The notes: generated from the sequence alone by a model not told the origin. 32,000 bases of DNA from Edaphobacter aggregans (GCF_003945235.1 NZ_RSDW01000001.1:3330001-3362000), one strand, 5' to 3'. Shown: positions 16,146 to 25,521, counted from the stretch's first letter. A program made the numbers and translations.

Positions 16146-17075
16146 ATGGGTAAGGCTCAAGTCGTGGTGATGGGTAGTTATGTGGCCGATCTCGCGTTCA
16201 GGACGGAGAAGCTGCCGGCGTGGGGCGAGACATACATGGGAGAAGATTTCAAGCTTGGGCCAGGCGGGAAGGGCTCGAATCAGGCAGTTGCGGCTGCGCG
16301 CGCCGGGGCGAAGGTGAGCTTCATCAGCAAGCTTGGCCGCGATGCTTTTGGCGATATCGCCCGCAAGACATACGGGGAAGAAGGAATTGATGCGACGCAC
16401 GTGTTCGAGACCGATTCCCCAACCGGTGCTGCAGCGATCATCATCGATGCGGTCAAGGGTGAGAATGCAATTATCGTTGTGCCGGGCGCATGCTTTGAGT
16501 TGACCCCGCAGGAGGTGGAGCAAACGCGGCAGGTAATCGCGGAGTCGGCAATCTTCGTCACGCAATTGGAACTCTCGCTGCCAACGGTCGAGGCTGGCCT
16601 GAGGCTCGCGCATTCCCTCGGTGTGCCGACGATCCTGAACCCAGCGCCCGGCCACGAGCTTCCGGATACGATGCTACAGTACTGCGACTACCTGACGCCG
16701 AATGAGACTGAGACGGAGATCCTGACCGGCATCCGCGTCGTCTCGCTTACAGATGCCGAGCAAGCGGCGGATGCATTACTTTCGCGTGGTGTGCGCAACG
16801 CAGTGATCACGCTTGGAGCGCAAGGCGTGTTGGTGAAGAATGCGACAACGCTGCAGCATGTCCCAGTCTATGTCGCGGGTCCAGTAGTAGAGACGACAGG
16901 CGCGGGAGACGCATTCAACGGTGGCTTCGCAGTGGCTCTGGCCGAAGGCAAGGACATCCTGCAGGCGGCGCGTTTTGGCTGCGCTGTGGCTGGCATCTCG
17001 GTCACACGACACGGCACGGCCCCCTCAATGCCTTTCCGCAATGAGGTCGATGAGCTGTTGCAACGATTTACCTAG
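16146..17075 (+). CDS. rbsK: Ribokinase-family (PfkB) sugar kinase; ribokinase or deoxyribokinase
   Basis: PfkB/ribokinase signatures are LGPGGKGSNQAVAAARAGAKV near the N-terminus and VETTGAGDAFNGGFAVALAEG near the C-terminus. ATG at 16146 is preceded by GGGAAAGAGGGAAGGG; the track ORF starts at 16083. Confidence 0.88.
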   Translation: MGKAQVVVMGSYVADLAFRTEKLPAWGETYMGEDFKLGPGGKGSNQAVAAARAGAKVSFISKLGRDAFGDIARKTYGEEGIDATHVFETDSPTGAAAIIIDAVKGENAIIVVPGACFELTPQEVEQTRQVIAESAIFVTQLELSLPTVEAGLRLAHSLGVPTILNPAPGHELPDTMLQYCDYLTPNETETEILTGIRVVSLTDAEQAADALLSRGVRNAVITLGAQGVLVKNATTLQHVPVYVAGPVVETTGAGDAFNGGFAVALAEGKDILQAARFGCAVAGISVTRHGTAPSMPFRNEVDELLQRFT

Positions 17076-17247
17076 AGATACGAGGGCGAAGGCGAAGCTT
17101 TAAATAGGAGCGGCAGCAGAGGTGCTGTCAATAAATTCAGTAACGCGTGCTCGTATACTGAAAAGATAGGAAGACGCCGGCGCTACGATCTGGCGCGGGC
17201 ACTTCAGCAGATTTTTGCTCTCAGAAGTTATTGAGGGAGATAAGACT

Positions 17248-18267
17248 ATGGCAGTGAAGCAACAAGAGCAGCATCCCGTTATCCATCAGTCCGTTCCGGT
17301 CGAACTCAATGGCCGATTGCTGGAGCCGAACCGCCGGATACCGCTCAATCTCGAATGGGTTGAGGAGATTCGCGTCAATACCAGCGCCGTGGAGAGACGT
17401 GCCAGCACCATCGATACGCGCCGTTCGGTGAAGAAGGAGTGGCAGGCCGCATGGCTGCTCCGCGCTATCGCGTGCATGGATCTCACGACCCTCAGCGGCG
17501 ACGATAGCGCAGAGCGTGTGAAGCGGCTCTGCGCGAAGGCGAGATATCCGCTGCAGCGACACATCGTCGAAAAGCTCGGCATCGAAGAACTGAACCTCAC
17601 CACTGGAGCGGTCTGCGTCTATCATGCGTTTGTTGAGACCGCCGTGAAAGCGCTCGAGGGGACAGATATCCCTGTCGCTGCGGTCTCGACCGGCTTCCCG
17701 GCGGGCCTGTCGCCGCTTGCAGAAAGAGTGCAGGAGATTCGCCGATCCGTCGAGGCAGGCGCACACGAAATCGACATCGTCATCACACGGGCGCATGTCT
17801 TCAATGGTGAATGGCAGGCGCTTTACGATGAGGTTGCCGCTTTCAAAGACGCCTGCGGTGCAGCCCACATGAAAGCCATCCTCGGGACAGGTGATCTACT
17901 CACGTTGCGTAATGTTGCCCGCGCCAGCGTGGTCGCCATGATGGCCGGAGCTGATTTTATTAAGACCTCTACCGGCAAGGAAGCTACGAACGCAACCATT
18001 CCCGTCTCGCTAGTGATGGTCAGGGCTATTCGCGACTATGCAGAAAGAACCGGCATGTCTGTAGGTTTCAAACCTGCGGGCGGGATCAAGACGGCGAAGC
18101 AGGCTCTTCAATGGATGTATGTGATGAAGGACGAGCTTGGAAGGCCCTGGCTCGAACCAAGTCTTTTCCGCTTCGGCGCCAGCAGCATGCTTGCCGACAT
18201 CGAGCGCCAATTAGAGCACTACATCACCGGCCGCTACTCCGCCGCCTACCGTCACCCGATTGCATAA
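17248..18267 (+). CDS. deoC: Deoxyribose-phosphate aldolase (DERA), long eukaryote-like form
   Basis: The Schiff-base lysine context is ADFIKTSTGKEATNATIPVSLVMVRAIRDY, followed by GFKPAGGIKTAKQAL and FRFGASSMLADIERQL. At about 340 aa it resembles the long DERA type rather than the 220-260 aa bacterial forms. ATG at 17248 is preceded by GAGGGAGA. Confidence 0.92.
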   Translation: MAVKQQEQHPVIHQSVPVELNGRLLEPNRRIPLNLEWVEEIRVNTSAVERRASTIDTRRSVKKEWQAAWLLRAIACMDLTTLSGDDSAERVKRLCAKARYPLQRHIVEKLGIEELNLTTGAVCVYHAFVETAVKALEGTDIPVAAVSTGFPAGLSPLAERVQEIRRSVEAGAHEIDIVITRAHVFNGEWQALYDEVAAFKDACGAAHMKAILGTGDLLTLRNVARASVVAMMAGADFIKTSTGKEATNATIPVSLVMVRAIRDYAERTGMSVGFKPAGGIKTAKQALQWMYVMKDELGRPWLEPSLFRFGASSMLADIERQLEHYITGRYSAAYRHPIA

Positions 18268-18276
18268 GGAGTTTTT

Positions 18277-20667
18277 GTGAGCAACTCAATTGTGGAAGAG
18301 TTTTACGCTATGGAGTACGGTCCTGCGCCAGAAGATCCGAAAGAGGTTGAACGCTGGCTCGACGCGCACAAGCGCAGCTTTGGCAACTATATTGACGGCG
18401 CATGGCAGAAGCCCGCCTCAGGAGAGTACTTCGCCACGAACAATCCCGCAACTGGCGACAAGATCGCCGATGTTGCGCAAGCCGATGCTGCGGACGTTGA
18501 TGCGGCCGTTCAAGCCGCCCGCAAAGCTCTTCCCGCATGGCAGGCGTTGACCGGTCATCAGCGTGCTCGCTATCTATACGCGCTGGCGCGTCAGGTCCAG
18601 AAGCACTCACGCCGGCTCGCGGTCTTAGAGACGATCGACAATGGCAAACCCATTCGCGAGAGCCGCGATATTGATATTCCTCTGGTAGCACGTCACTTCT
18701 ATCATCACGCGGGATGGGCGCAGTTACTGGAGAGCGAGTTTCCCGGTTATACCGCGTGTGGCGTCGTCGGGCAGATCATTCCGTGGAACTTCCCACTGCT
18801 GATGTTTGCGTGGAAGGTTGCACCAGCGCTCGCTGCCGGAAATACGGTTGTAATCAAACCCGCCGAGTACACGCCGCTTACAGCTCTTGCTCTCGCGGAA
18901 CTTGCAGATGAAATCGGCCTGCCGCCGGGTGTTCTCAACGTCATTAATGGTGATGGTCGCACCGGCGCGCTGCTCGTTGAACATGACGACATCGACAAGA
19001 TCGCCTTCACAGGTTCGACTGAGGTTGGCCGAATCATCCGCAAGGCAACCGCCGGTTCCACCAAGAAGCTTTCACTCGAACTTGGCGGCAAATCTCCGTT
19101 CATCGTCTTTGATGATGCCGACATGGACTCGGCCGTCGAAGGTCTGGTCGACGGCATCTGGTTCAATCAGGGACAGGTCTGCTGCGCCGGTTCACGCCTG
19201 CTGGTACAGGAACGCATCGCGGAAGCGTTCTACGCCAAGGCGCGAGCCCGTATGGAGACTCTTCGTGTCGGCTCGCCGCTAGACAAATCCGTCGACATCG
19301 GAGCCATCGTCGCACCGGTGCAGCTCGAACGCATCCGCGCGCTGGTCGATCAGGGTGTCGCAGATGGCGCAACGTGCTGGCAGCCGCAGTCTACGATGCC
19401 GCAGAAAGGCCTCTACTTTCCTCCGACACTGTTGACTGGTGTCCATCCTACGGCGACGGTGGCCCAGGAAGAGATATTTGGCCCAGTACTGGCAGCGATG
19501 ACGTTCCGTACACCGAGCGAAGCCATCGAACTTGCGAACAACACCACCTACGGACTGGCAGCCTCCATCTGGAGCGAAAACATCAACGTTGCGCTTGACG
19601 TCGCCTCACAGGTCAAGGCTGGAGTCGTCTGGGTCAACAGCACCAATCTCTTCGACGCATCCTGCGGCTTCGGCGGCTATCGCGAAAGCGGCTATGGTCG
19701 CGAGGGCGGCCGCGAAGGTATGTACGAATATCTCGAGCCTGCATGGGGTCACGAGCGCGCGAAGCAAAAGCGCCCAGCAAAAGCCGCGTCGACGAAAGAG
19801 GACGATGCCAATGCCAACGTTTCAGACACCATCGACCGCACAGTAAAGCAATATATCGGTGGCAAACAGGCAAGGCCGGACTCCGGCTACAGCTTTCCCG
19901 TCTATTCTTCCGATGGAAGAGTCCTCGGCGAAGCCCCTCTAGGCAATCGCAAGGACATCCGCAACGCAGTAGAAGCGGCTCACAAAGCGGAAAAGTGGGC
20001 TAAAACAGCTGCACATACGCGAGCGCAGATCCTCTACTACATTGCGGAGAATCTGATCCAGCGTCGCTCCGAGATCACCTCCAAGCTCGCCGAAATGGTA
20101 GGTAAAGACCAGGCCAGCTCCGAAGTCGAATGCAGCATCGACCGCATCTTTACCTATGCGGCATGGGCCGACAAGTACGACGGCTCGGTACACAATCCGC
20201 CGATGCGCAATGTCACGCTGGCGATGAATGAAGCCATCGGAACGATCGGCATTATCTGTCCCACAGAAGCCCCATTGCTTGGATTTTTCTCGCTGGTCAT
20301 GCCAGCCATCGCCGCAGGCAACGTCGTCATTGTGGTTCCATCGGAGAAGTATGCCACCCTCATGGGCGACCTCTACCAGGTCTTCGATACCAGCGACCTT
20401 CCCGGCGGAGTCGTCAATATCGTTGCGGGCCGGCCATCGGAATTGGCAAAGACGTTGGCAGAGCATGATGACGTTGACGCCATCTGGTGCTTCCGCGATC
20501 CTGCAGACGCAACGCTGGTGAAGGCGGCCTCGGTCGGCAATCTGAAGCAGGTCTGGACCAACGACAAGTACGAAATTGACTGGTTCGACTCCAATCAGAA
20601 CGATGGACGCTACTTCATGCGACATGCCACGCAGATCAAGAACATCTGGGTTCCTTATGGAGAGTAA
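18277..20667 (+). CDS. Aldehyde dehydrogenase (NAD(P)+) fused to a C-terminal degenerate ALDH-like module
   Basis: The N-terminal roughly 490 aa form a complete ALDH. Motifs are IPWNFPLLMFAWKVAPALAAGNTVVIKPAE, FTGSTEVGRII, LELGGKSPFIVFDDAD (general base Glu), FNQGQVCCAGSRLLVQE (catalytic Cys) and EEIFGPVL. Residues from about 505 to 796 repeat only the N-terminal ALDH fold. The GTG start at 18277 is preceded by AAGGAG; ATG at 18310 is an alternative start. Confidence 0.9.
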   Translation: MSNSIVEEFYAMEYGPAPEDPKEVERWLDAHKRSFGNYIDGAWQKPASGEYFATNNPATGDKIADVAQADAADVDAAVQAARKALPAWQALTGHQRARYLYALARQVQKHSRRLAVLETIDNGKPIRESRDIDIPLVARHFYHHAGWAQLLESEFPGYTACGVVGQIIPWNFPLLMFAWKVAPALAAGNTVVIKPAEYTPLTALALAELADEIGLPPGVLNVINGDGRTGALLVEHDDIDKIAFTGSTEVGRIIRKATAGSTKKLSLELGGKSPFIVFDDADMDSAVEGLVDGIWFNQGQVCCAGSRLLVQERIAEAFYAKARARMETLRVGSPLDKSVDIGAIVAPVQLERIRALVDQGVADGATCWQPQSTMPQKGLYFPPTLLTGVHPTATVAQEEIFGPVLAAMTFRTPSEAIELANNTTYGLAASIWSENINVALDVASQVKAGVVWVNSTNLFDASCGFGGYRESGYGREGGREGMYEYLEPAWGHERAKQKRPAKAASTKEDDANANVSDTIDRTVKQYIGGKQARPDSGYSFPVYSSDGRVLGEAPLGNRKDIRNAVEAAHKAEKWAKTAAHTRAQILYYIAENLIQRRSEITSKLAEMVGKDQASSEVECSIDRIFTYAAWADKYDGSVHNPPMRNVTLAMNEAIGTIGIICPTEAPLLGFFSLVMPAIAAGNVVIVVPSEKYATLMGDLYQVFDTSDLPGGVVNIVAGRPSELAKTLAEHDDVDAIWCFRDPADATLVKAASVGNLKQVWTNDKYEIDWFDSNQNDGRYFMRHATQIKNIWVPYGE

Positions 20668-20679
20668 GGCTTAGATACG

Positions 20680-21717
20680 CTACTCTTTTCTCTCGCATCC
20701 GCACGATTCGCGAATGACCAATGAAACCGGTAGAACGGTTCTTACGCTCGATGAAGCAGAGTCACCCTTGATTCTTTGTAGCAGCAGTCGTGCCGACATG
20801 CGTCCGAGTTCCGCAGCGGGCTGGCGAACAGACGTGATGGGAGGCCTGATGAGGGTGTAAAAGTCAACGTCGTCAAAGCCGACGAGCGCTACATCCTTGC
20901 CGGCTTCAATATTCATCTCGCGGAACGTCTCAATCACCCATATGGTGGACGCGTTGTTTGTAGTGAATAAAGCGTCGGGCCGATTACCCGAATTAAACAA
21001 CGCCGCCATGGTGGTTTTTGCTTCCGCGAGGCTCGACAACTGCAACACCTTTGCGCGCGGCAATCGCGCCTCTCGCAAACATTCTTCGTAGCCTGCAATG
21101 CGTTCCTTGATGGTTCGCAAATGGGAATTTGTGGCAACACACGCGATTCTTCTGCGGCCGTGGCCGATAAGATGTTCCACGGCCATTCGCGCCCCGGCAC
21201 GATTTTCGACTTCTACAGAATCCGTTGAAGCCACCTCAATATAGCGATCAATCGTTACAACAGGAGTTGTCCCCGTAGCCACGGCTTTCAGATATCTGTC
21301 GCGGCTATCGACGGGCACTAACAAGATGCCGTCCACAGGGTGATGCGTCATCTGTTCTACCTGTGCAGCCTCGATAGAAAGATCGTCATTCGAAGCCGCC
21401 AACCATACCAGGTAGCCGCTCTCTCGCGCCGTCTCCTGAACAGCGTGACTGACGACTGAAAAGAATGGATCTGCTAAATCCGGGACGATCAGGCCAATCG
21501 ATCTCGATAGCTGACCGGTCAACATGCGCGCGGCGTGGTTCGGTCGATAATCCAGCTGGCGAATGGCCGCACGGACCCGTTTCGCCGTCTCTTCTGCGAC
21601 GTAGGGATGCCCATTGATCGTGCGCGAGACAGTCATGGGTCCAACACCTGCTGCCTTCGCGACATCTTCAAGCGTTGCTCGTTTTGGGGGGGACGACTTG
21701 TGCACGTTCTCCTTCAT
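20680..21717 (-). CDS. LacI-family transcriptional regulator
   Basis: The N-terminal HTH is ATLEDVAKAAGVGPMTVSRTINGHPYVAEETAKRVRAAIRQLDYRPNHAARML, followed by a periplasmic-binding-protein-like sugar-binding core (SIGLIVPDLADPFF ... VGFDD). The gene is divergent from the TonB-dependent receptor gene. Confidence 0.92.
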   Translation of the reverse strand: MKENVHKSSPPKRATLEDVAKAAGVGPMTVSRTINGHPYVAEETAKRVRAAIRQLDYRPNHAARMLTGQLSRSIGLIVPDLADPFFSVVSHAVQETARESGYLVWLAASNDDLSIEAAQVEQMTHHPVDGILLVPVDSRDRYLKAVATGTTPVVTIDRYIEVASTDSVEVENRAGARMAVEHLIGHGRRRIACVATNSHLRTIKERIAGYEECLREARLPRAKVLQLSSLAEAKTTMAALFNSGNRPDALFTTNNASTIWVIETFREMNIEAGKDVALVGFDDVDFYTLIRPPITSVRQPAAELGRMSARLLLQRIKGDSASSSVRTVLPVSLVIRESCGCERKE

Positions 21718-21798
21718 TTCTTCTTTATGGGAGGCCTATCATAAAGCCTTCGATATGAAGGCTCCATTAATTTATCAGACGTTCATTATTCTTTTGTG

Positions 21799-21828
21799 TT
21801 GACAGGGCAATACTCACCTGTGTAAACA
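21799..21828 (+). promoter_or_regulatory. Candidate promoter for the TonB-dependent receptor operon
   Basis: A perfect TTGACA lies at 21799-21804, followed 18 nt later by a weak -10-like TAAACA (21823-21828). The element sits about 105 bp upstream of the receptor ATG and just upstream of the operator-like palindrome. This is a by-eye match only. Confidence 0.3.
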
Positions 21829-21838
21829 GTTGAGCGTT

Positions 21839-21854
21839 ATGATAGCGCAATCAT
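21839..21854. promoter_or_regulatory. LacI-type operator candidate (imperfect 16-bp palindrome ATGATAGC|GCAATCAT)
   Basis: Seven of the 8 arm positions are symmetric. The central CG-containing core (TGATAGCGCAATCA) resembles the TGnnAnCGnTnnCA style of LacI/CcpA-family operators. Outer arms AGCGTT (21833-21838) and AACGCT (59-64 of the same decade block, 21859-21864) extend the symmetry. The site lies in the divergent region between the LacI gene and the receptor gene. Confidence 0.4.
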
Positions 21855-21932
21855 ATAAAACGCTACTTGATAGGTACGGTGGCGTCCTGCAAATGTTCCA
21901 TAAGCCAGTATTCAAATCGAAGGGGAGCCGCC

Positions 21933-24900
21933 ATGTGGAGAAATGTACGAGTACATCTATCGTGTCTTTGCGTCTTGCTAGTAGGTTGCAGCGTCTTCGC
22001 GGCCCCAGCGTGGGGCCAGTCTGACGTCGGTACGATCGCTGGATTTGTCCGCGACCACTCCGGAGCCGTTGTACCGGGCGCGAGAGTGACGATCCAAAAC
22101 GAGGGAACGGGCCAGGAGCAATCGGCTATCGCGGATTCTCAAGGCCGTTATACGATCACCAATCTGCAGCCTGCCGACTACACCATGACGGCCGAGGCCA
22201 AGGGATTCAAGAAATTCATTAGTACCCATAACAGACTCAGCGCGAGCACGACGATCAATATCGATGCGACTCTCGACATCGGCCAGTTGTCTGAAACTGT
22301 AGAAGTGACCGCAACCGCGTCAGTGTTGCAGACGGAGTCTGGAGCGGTGCAAAGCCAGGTCACGGGACAACAGATCAGAGATCAGCAGTTGAACGGACGT
22401 AATCCGCTCTACATGGGTTCCCTGCTTCCAGGCCTTCGCAGCGGTTCCACGCTTGGAGACTTCAACTTTGCGGTCGGCGGCGGAGTTCCTTTCCAAATCA
22501 ACGGAGCCCGAACGCAGGATACCCTCGTCACGTTTGACGGCGCTCCCGCGGTTCGCACCCGTGGTAGCGGCGCGATCATCGGTGTTGCCAGCGTGGACGC
22601 CACGCAGGAGATGCAGGTGCTCACGGCTGGCTATCAGGCAGAATACGGCGGCGCAGCCGGCGGTCAAATTCGCCTTGTGAGCAAGAGCGGAACTACAGAT
22701 TTTCACGGTTCCGCATATGAGTATCTGAGAAATTCGGCGATGAACGCCAACACGTGGACGCGCAACTTTAGCCCCACGACCCGATTTGCCTCACCGTTCG
22801 TCTATAACAACTTTGGATTTACGTTCGGCGGCCCGGTCTGGATTCCAGGGTGGCATGCGACTGATCCGCTGAGGCAAAAACTGTTCTTCTTTGTGAATGA
22901 AGATTGGATCAGATATCGCTTCGCCGATACTCAGCCCCAAGCCGTACCCACTTTGCGGATGCGCCAGGGTGACTTCAGCGAACTGCTGGTTCCTGGTAAT
23001 CCCTGGTACAGCGGCACCGCTCAGATCTATGATCCAGCAACCTGCCCGACGAAGGGTGCGGCGAGCTGCGTGGCATATGCAGGCAACATCATTCCCAAGG
23101 GACGTCTGAGCGCCAACGGCATGGCGATTCTGAATGCGTATCCCGCTCCCACTCCTGGATACGTAACGGGAACCGCTACAAATTGGATTGCACAAGCCGC
23201 GCATCCAATCAATCAACGGAAAGAAGTCATCAATGTGGACTTTATACTCAGCCAAAATCATCACTTCGAGTTTCGTCGTCAAGCCGCGACCTACCTCGAA
23301 TACCAACCTTTCGACCAGGGATCAGGACTGACGGGCAAGTACTTCAATCGTCCAAACCAGACCAACGGCCTTGCTTGGACCTGGACTATCTCTCCAACCA
23401 TCATCAATGAATTGCGCGGTACTGTCAGCATCGATCGGGTATATATTCCGGTGAACACGGCGCTGGCCGGCTTCAACAGACAAACACTGGGTATTAACTT
23501 TCCCTATATCATCCCCGGCGCTAAAGCTGCACCGCAAAAAATTCCAAGTGTCACCCTTCCTGGCGGCTTCTACGGTATACAGGGTGGTCCTTATCCCTCG
23601 CACTCCCAAGGTCCCATCTACACGATCACGGACAGTGTGACCAAGGTATGGGGAAATCACACAGTGAAAGCTGGCGTCTACTTTAACTATCAGGGCGAAA
23701 ACGATAACGACCAGATCAACGTATCGACTGTACCGGGCGGCGCCAACAACCAGAACGGCTCGTTCGTCTTTACCGATCCAAGAACGGGACTGGGCGGAAC
23801 TACCGGTGTCGGTATAGCCAACCTGGCTTTGGGGTTGGCCGACAGCTACACCGAGATCGGGCCCAAATCGTATACACAGTGGTCCGGACAGATGTATGAG
23901 TTCTTCGGTCAGGATGCGTGGCAGGTAACGTCTAAACTGCATATCGACTACGGTCTGCGGGTAACCATCCTTACTCCCTACAAGCCAGCTTGGGGCAATG
24001 CAGTTTACTTTGATCCCGGTTCGTTCGTTGCCGCGAACGCACCGCAGGTCAATCCAGCGACGGGTCTCGTCATCCTGGGCACTGGCAACCCCTACAACGG
24101 GATGGTGATTCCGGGCTTCAGCAATTTCCCCAGCTCAGCTGCAGCCCACGGAGTGGTCGGATCCGAAGCTAACTCGACCGCCTGCGATGGAGGTCCCTGC
24201 ACTGGCCTGTTCGCTCCTCATCTGCGTAACGGCTATGTCAACCTTGCAACCACGGTTCAGCCTCGTTTGGGCATTGCTTACCAGGCTGATTCGAAGACGG
24301 TATTTCGCGCGGGAGCCGGTGAGTTTGCAACCCGTATGGGATTGCTCGATAACATCTTCCCTGGCGGCAATCCTCCCTTCCAGCCGTTCGTGACAGTGAA
24401 TGCGGCATCGGGCAACTTGAACAGCATGGTGGATAACCCTGGTCTGGCCTTGAACCCCAGCGTTGCACCTGCTTTGACGGTGACGACGTTGGCCCAGAAT
24501 CTAAAGTCTCCGGTCAGATGGAACTGGAACCTCACTATTCAGAGGGAGCTTCCGTTGAGCTCTTACATGTCAATCGCCTATGTCGGAGGCCGTGGCATAC
24601 ACAACTGGAGAGTGTTTGACATCAATCAGCCTGTGGTCGGTGCTATACAGGCGAATCCCGGCAAAAATGTGACTTACCTTCGCCCCTACCAGGGCTACTC
24701 TGCGATTCAGCAGGAACAAAGCAATGGGGACGCGAGATATAACGCGCTTCAGATTGCGTGGAATCGACGCTTTGTACACAATGCAATGTTCGGTGTCAGC
24801 TATACATGGTCGAAGAGTATGGATGACAGTTCGAACTACCGTGACATCGTTCCTGATACCTACAACACCAGTAACCTCTGGGGACCGTCCGAGTACGACG

Positions 24901-25505
24901 CTCGTCATGCTCTGGTGGTTAACTATCTCTATGCGTTTCCATTCTTCAGTGGCCAAAGAAATCTCCAGGGCCAGTTATTCGGTAACTGGCGGTTAGGCGG
25001 AAGCGCTCAATTCCAAACTGGCCAACCCTGCGGAATCGGAACCAATAACGAATACGCCGGCGTAGGCGAGGTGGGCAGCTTCGGTTGCGGCTCTCAAGGG
25101 CAATTCTGGGTTAAGAATGGAAACCCAGCGATCCTGAAAAACTTCTCCGGCTATCCGGGGCAAACTGGCAAATACTTCGCCACAACAAACGCTGATGGTT
25201 CACCAATCTTCACGCAGCCCACCGCTGGCACATTCAATCTTCAACATGGCGTGCGCGACTCCATCTACGGGCCCGGCTTCCAGAACTGGAATATCTCCGT
25301 GCACAAGGACTTCCCAATCAACGAGAGAGCGCGGTTCGAGTTCAGCACCGATGCTTATAACTTCATCAACCACTCCAACTGGGCACAGATTGGGCAGACA
25401 GGCGGTCCTGATCTCAACCCGACGTCAGGTACGTTCGGAAGAGTCACCGGAAAGTCGCAGACCAATCCGCGACAGCTGCAGGTCGCTCTGAAATTTATCT
25501 TCTAG
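21933..25505 (+). CDS. TonB-dependent outer-membrane receptor with an N-terminal carboxypeptidase-regulatory-like domain (acidobacterial type)
   Basis: ATG at 21933 follows AAGGGGAG and begins a signal peptide, MWRNVRVHLSCLCVLLVGCSVFAAPAWGQ. A CarboxypepD_reg-like beta-sandwich follows (GTIAGFVRDHSGAVVPGARVTIQNEGTGQEQSAIADSQGRYTITNLQPADYTMTAEAKGFKKF). The rest is a long Gly/Asn/Tyr-rich beta-barrel ending in the aromatic terminus LQVALKFIF. The track ORF start at 21867 was rejected. Confidence 0.88.
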   Translation: MWRNVRVHLSCLCVLLVGCSVFAAPAWGQSDVGTIAGFVRDHSGAVVPGARVTIQNEGTGQEQSAIADSQGRYTITNLQPADYTMTAEAKGFKKFISTHNRLSASTTINIDATLDIGQLSETVEVTATASVLQTESGAVQSQVTGQQIRDQQLNGRNPLYMGSLLPGLRSGSTLGDFNFAVGGGVPFQINGARTQDTLVTFDGAPAVRTRGSGAIIGVASVDATQEMQVLTAGYQAEYGGAAGGQIRLVSKSGTTDFHGSAYEYLRNSAMNANTWTRNFSPTTRFASPFVYNNFGFTFGGPVWIPGWHATDPLRQKLFFFVNEDWIRYRFADTQPQAVPTLRMRQGDFSELLVPGNPWYSGTAQIYDPATCPTKGAASCVAYAGNIIPKGRLSANGMAILNAYPAPTPGYVTGTATNWIAQAAHPINQRKEVINVDFILSQNHHFEFRRQAATYLEYQPFDQGSGLTGKYFNRPNQTNGLAWTWTISPTIINELRGTVSIDRVYIPVNTALAGFNRQTLGINFPYIIPGAKAAPQKIPSVTLPGGFYGIQGGPYPSHSQGPIYTITDSVTKVWGNHTVKAGVYFNYQGENDNDQINVSTVPGGANNQNGSFVFTDPRTGLGGTTGVGIANLALGLADSYTEIGPKSYTQWSGQMYEFFGQDAWQVTSKLHIDYGLRVTILTPYKPAWGNAVYFDPGSFVAANAPQVNPATGLVILGTGNPYNGMVIPGFSNFPSSAAAHGVVGSEANSTACDGGPCTGLFAPHLRNGYVNLATTVQPRLGIAYQADSKTVFRAGAGEFATRMGLLDNIFPGGNPPFQPFVTVNAASGNLNSMVDNPGLALNPSVAPALTVTTLAQNLKSPVRWNWNLTIQRELPLSSYMSIAYVGGRGIHNWRVFDINQPVVGAIQANPGKNVTYLRPYQGYSAIQQEQSNGDARYNALQIAWNRRFVHNAMFGVSYTWSKSMDDSSNYRDIVPDTYNTSNLWGPSEYDARHALVVNYLYAFPFFSGQRNLQGQLFGNWRLGGSAQFQTGQPCGIGTNNEYAGVGEVGSFGCGSQGQFWVKNGNPAILKNFSGYPGQTGKYFATTNADGSPIFTQPTAGTFNLQHGVRDSIYGPGFQNWNISVHKDFPINERARFEFSTDAYNFINHSNWAQIGQTGGPDLNPTSGTFGRVTGKSQTNPRQLQVALKFIF

Positions 25506-25521
25506 AACAGAACGCTCAAGA

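Noticed and set aside
17076-17247. 172-bp spacer between the kinase and deoC, examined for a terminator, riboswitch or promoter
   Set aside because: There is only a mismatched 7-bp GC stem (CCGGCGC...GCGCGGG, approximately 17125-17155) without an adjacent T-run, and a TATACT hexamer with no suitably spaced -35 element. Nothing here can be supported.
21867-21932. Upstream extension of the TonB-dependent receptor ORF (MIGTVASCKCSISQYSNRRGAA)
   Set aside because: It would place 22 non-signal residues ahead of a textbook signal peptide. The ATG at 21933 has an AAGGGGAG ribosome-binding site.
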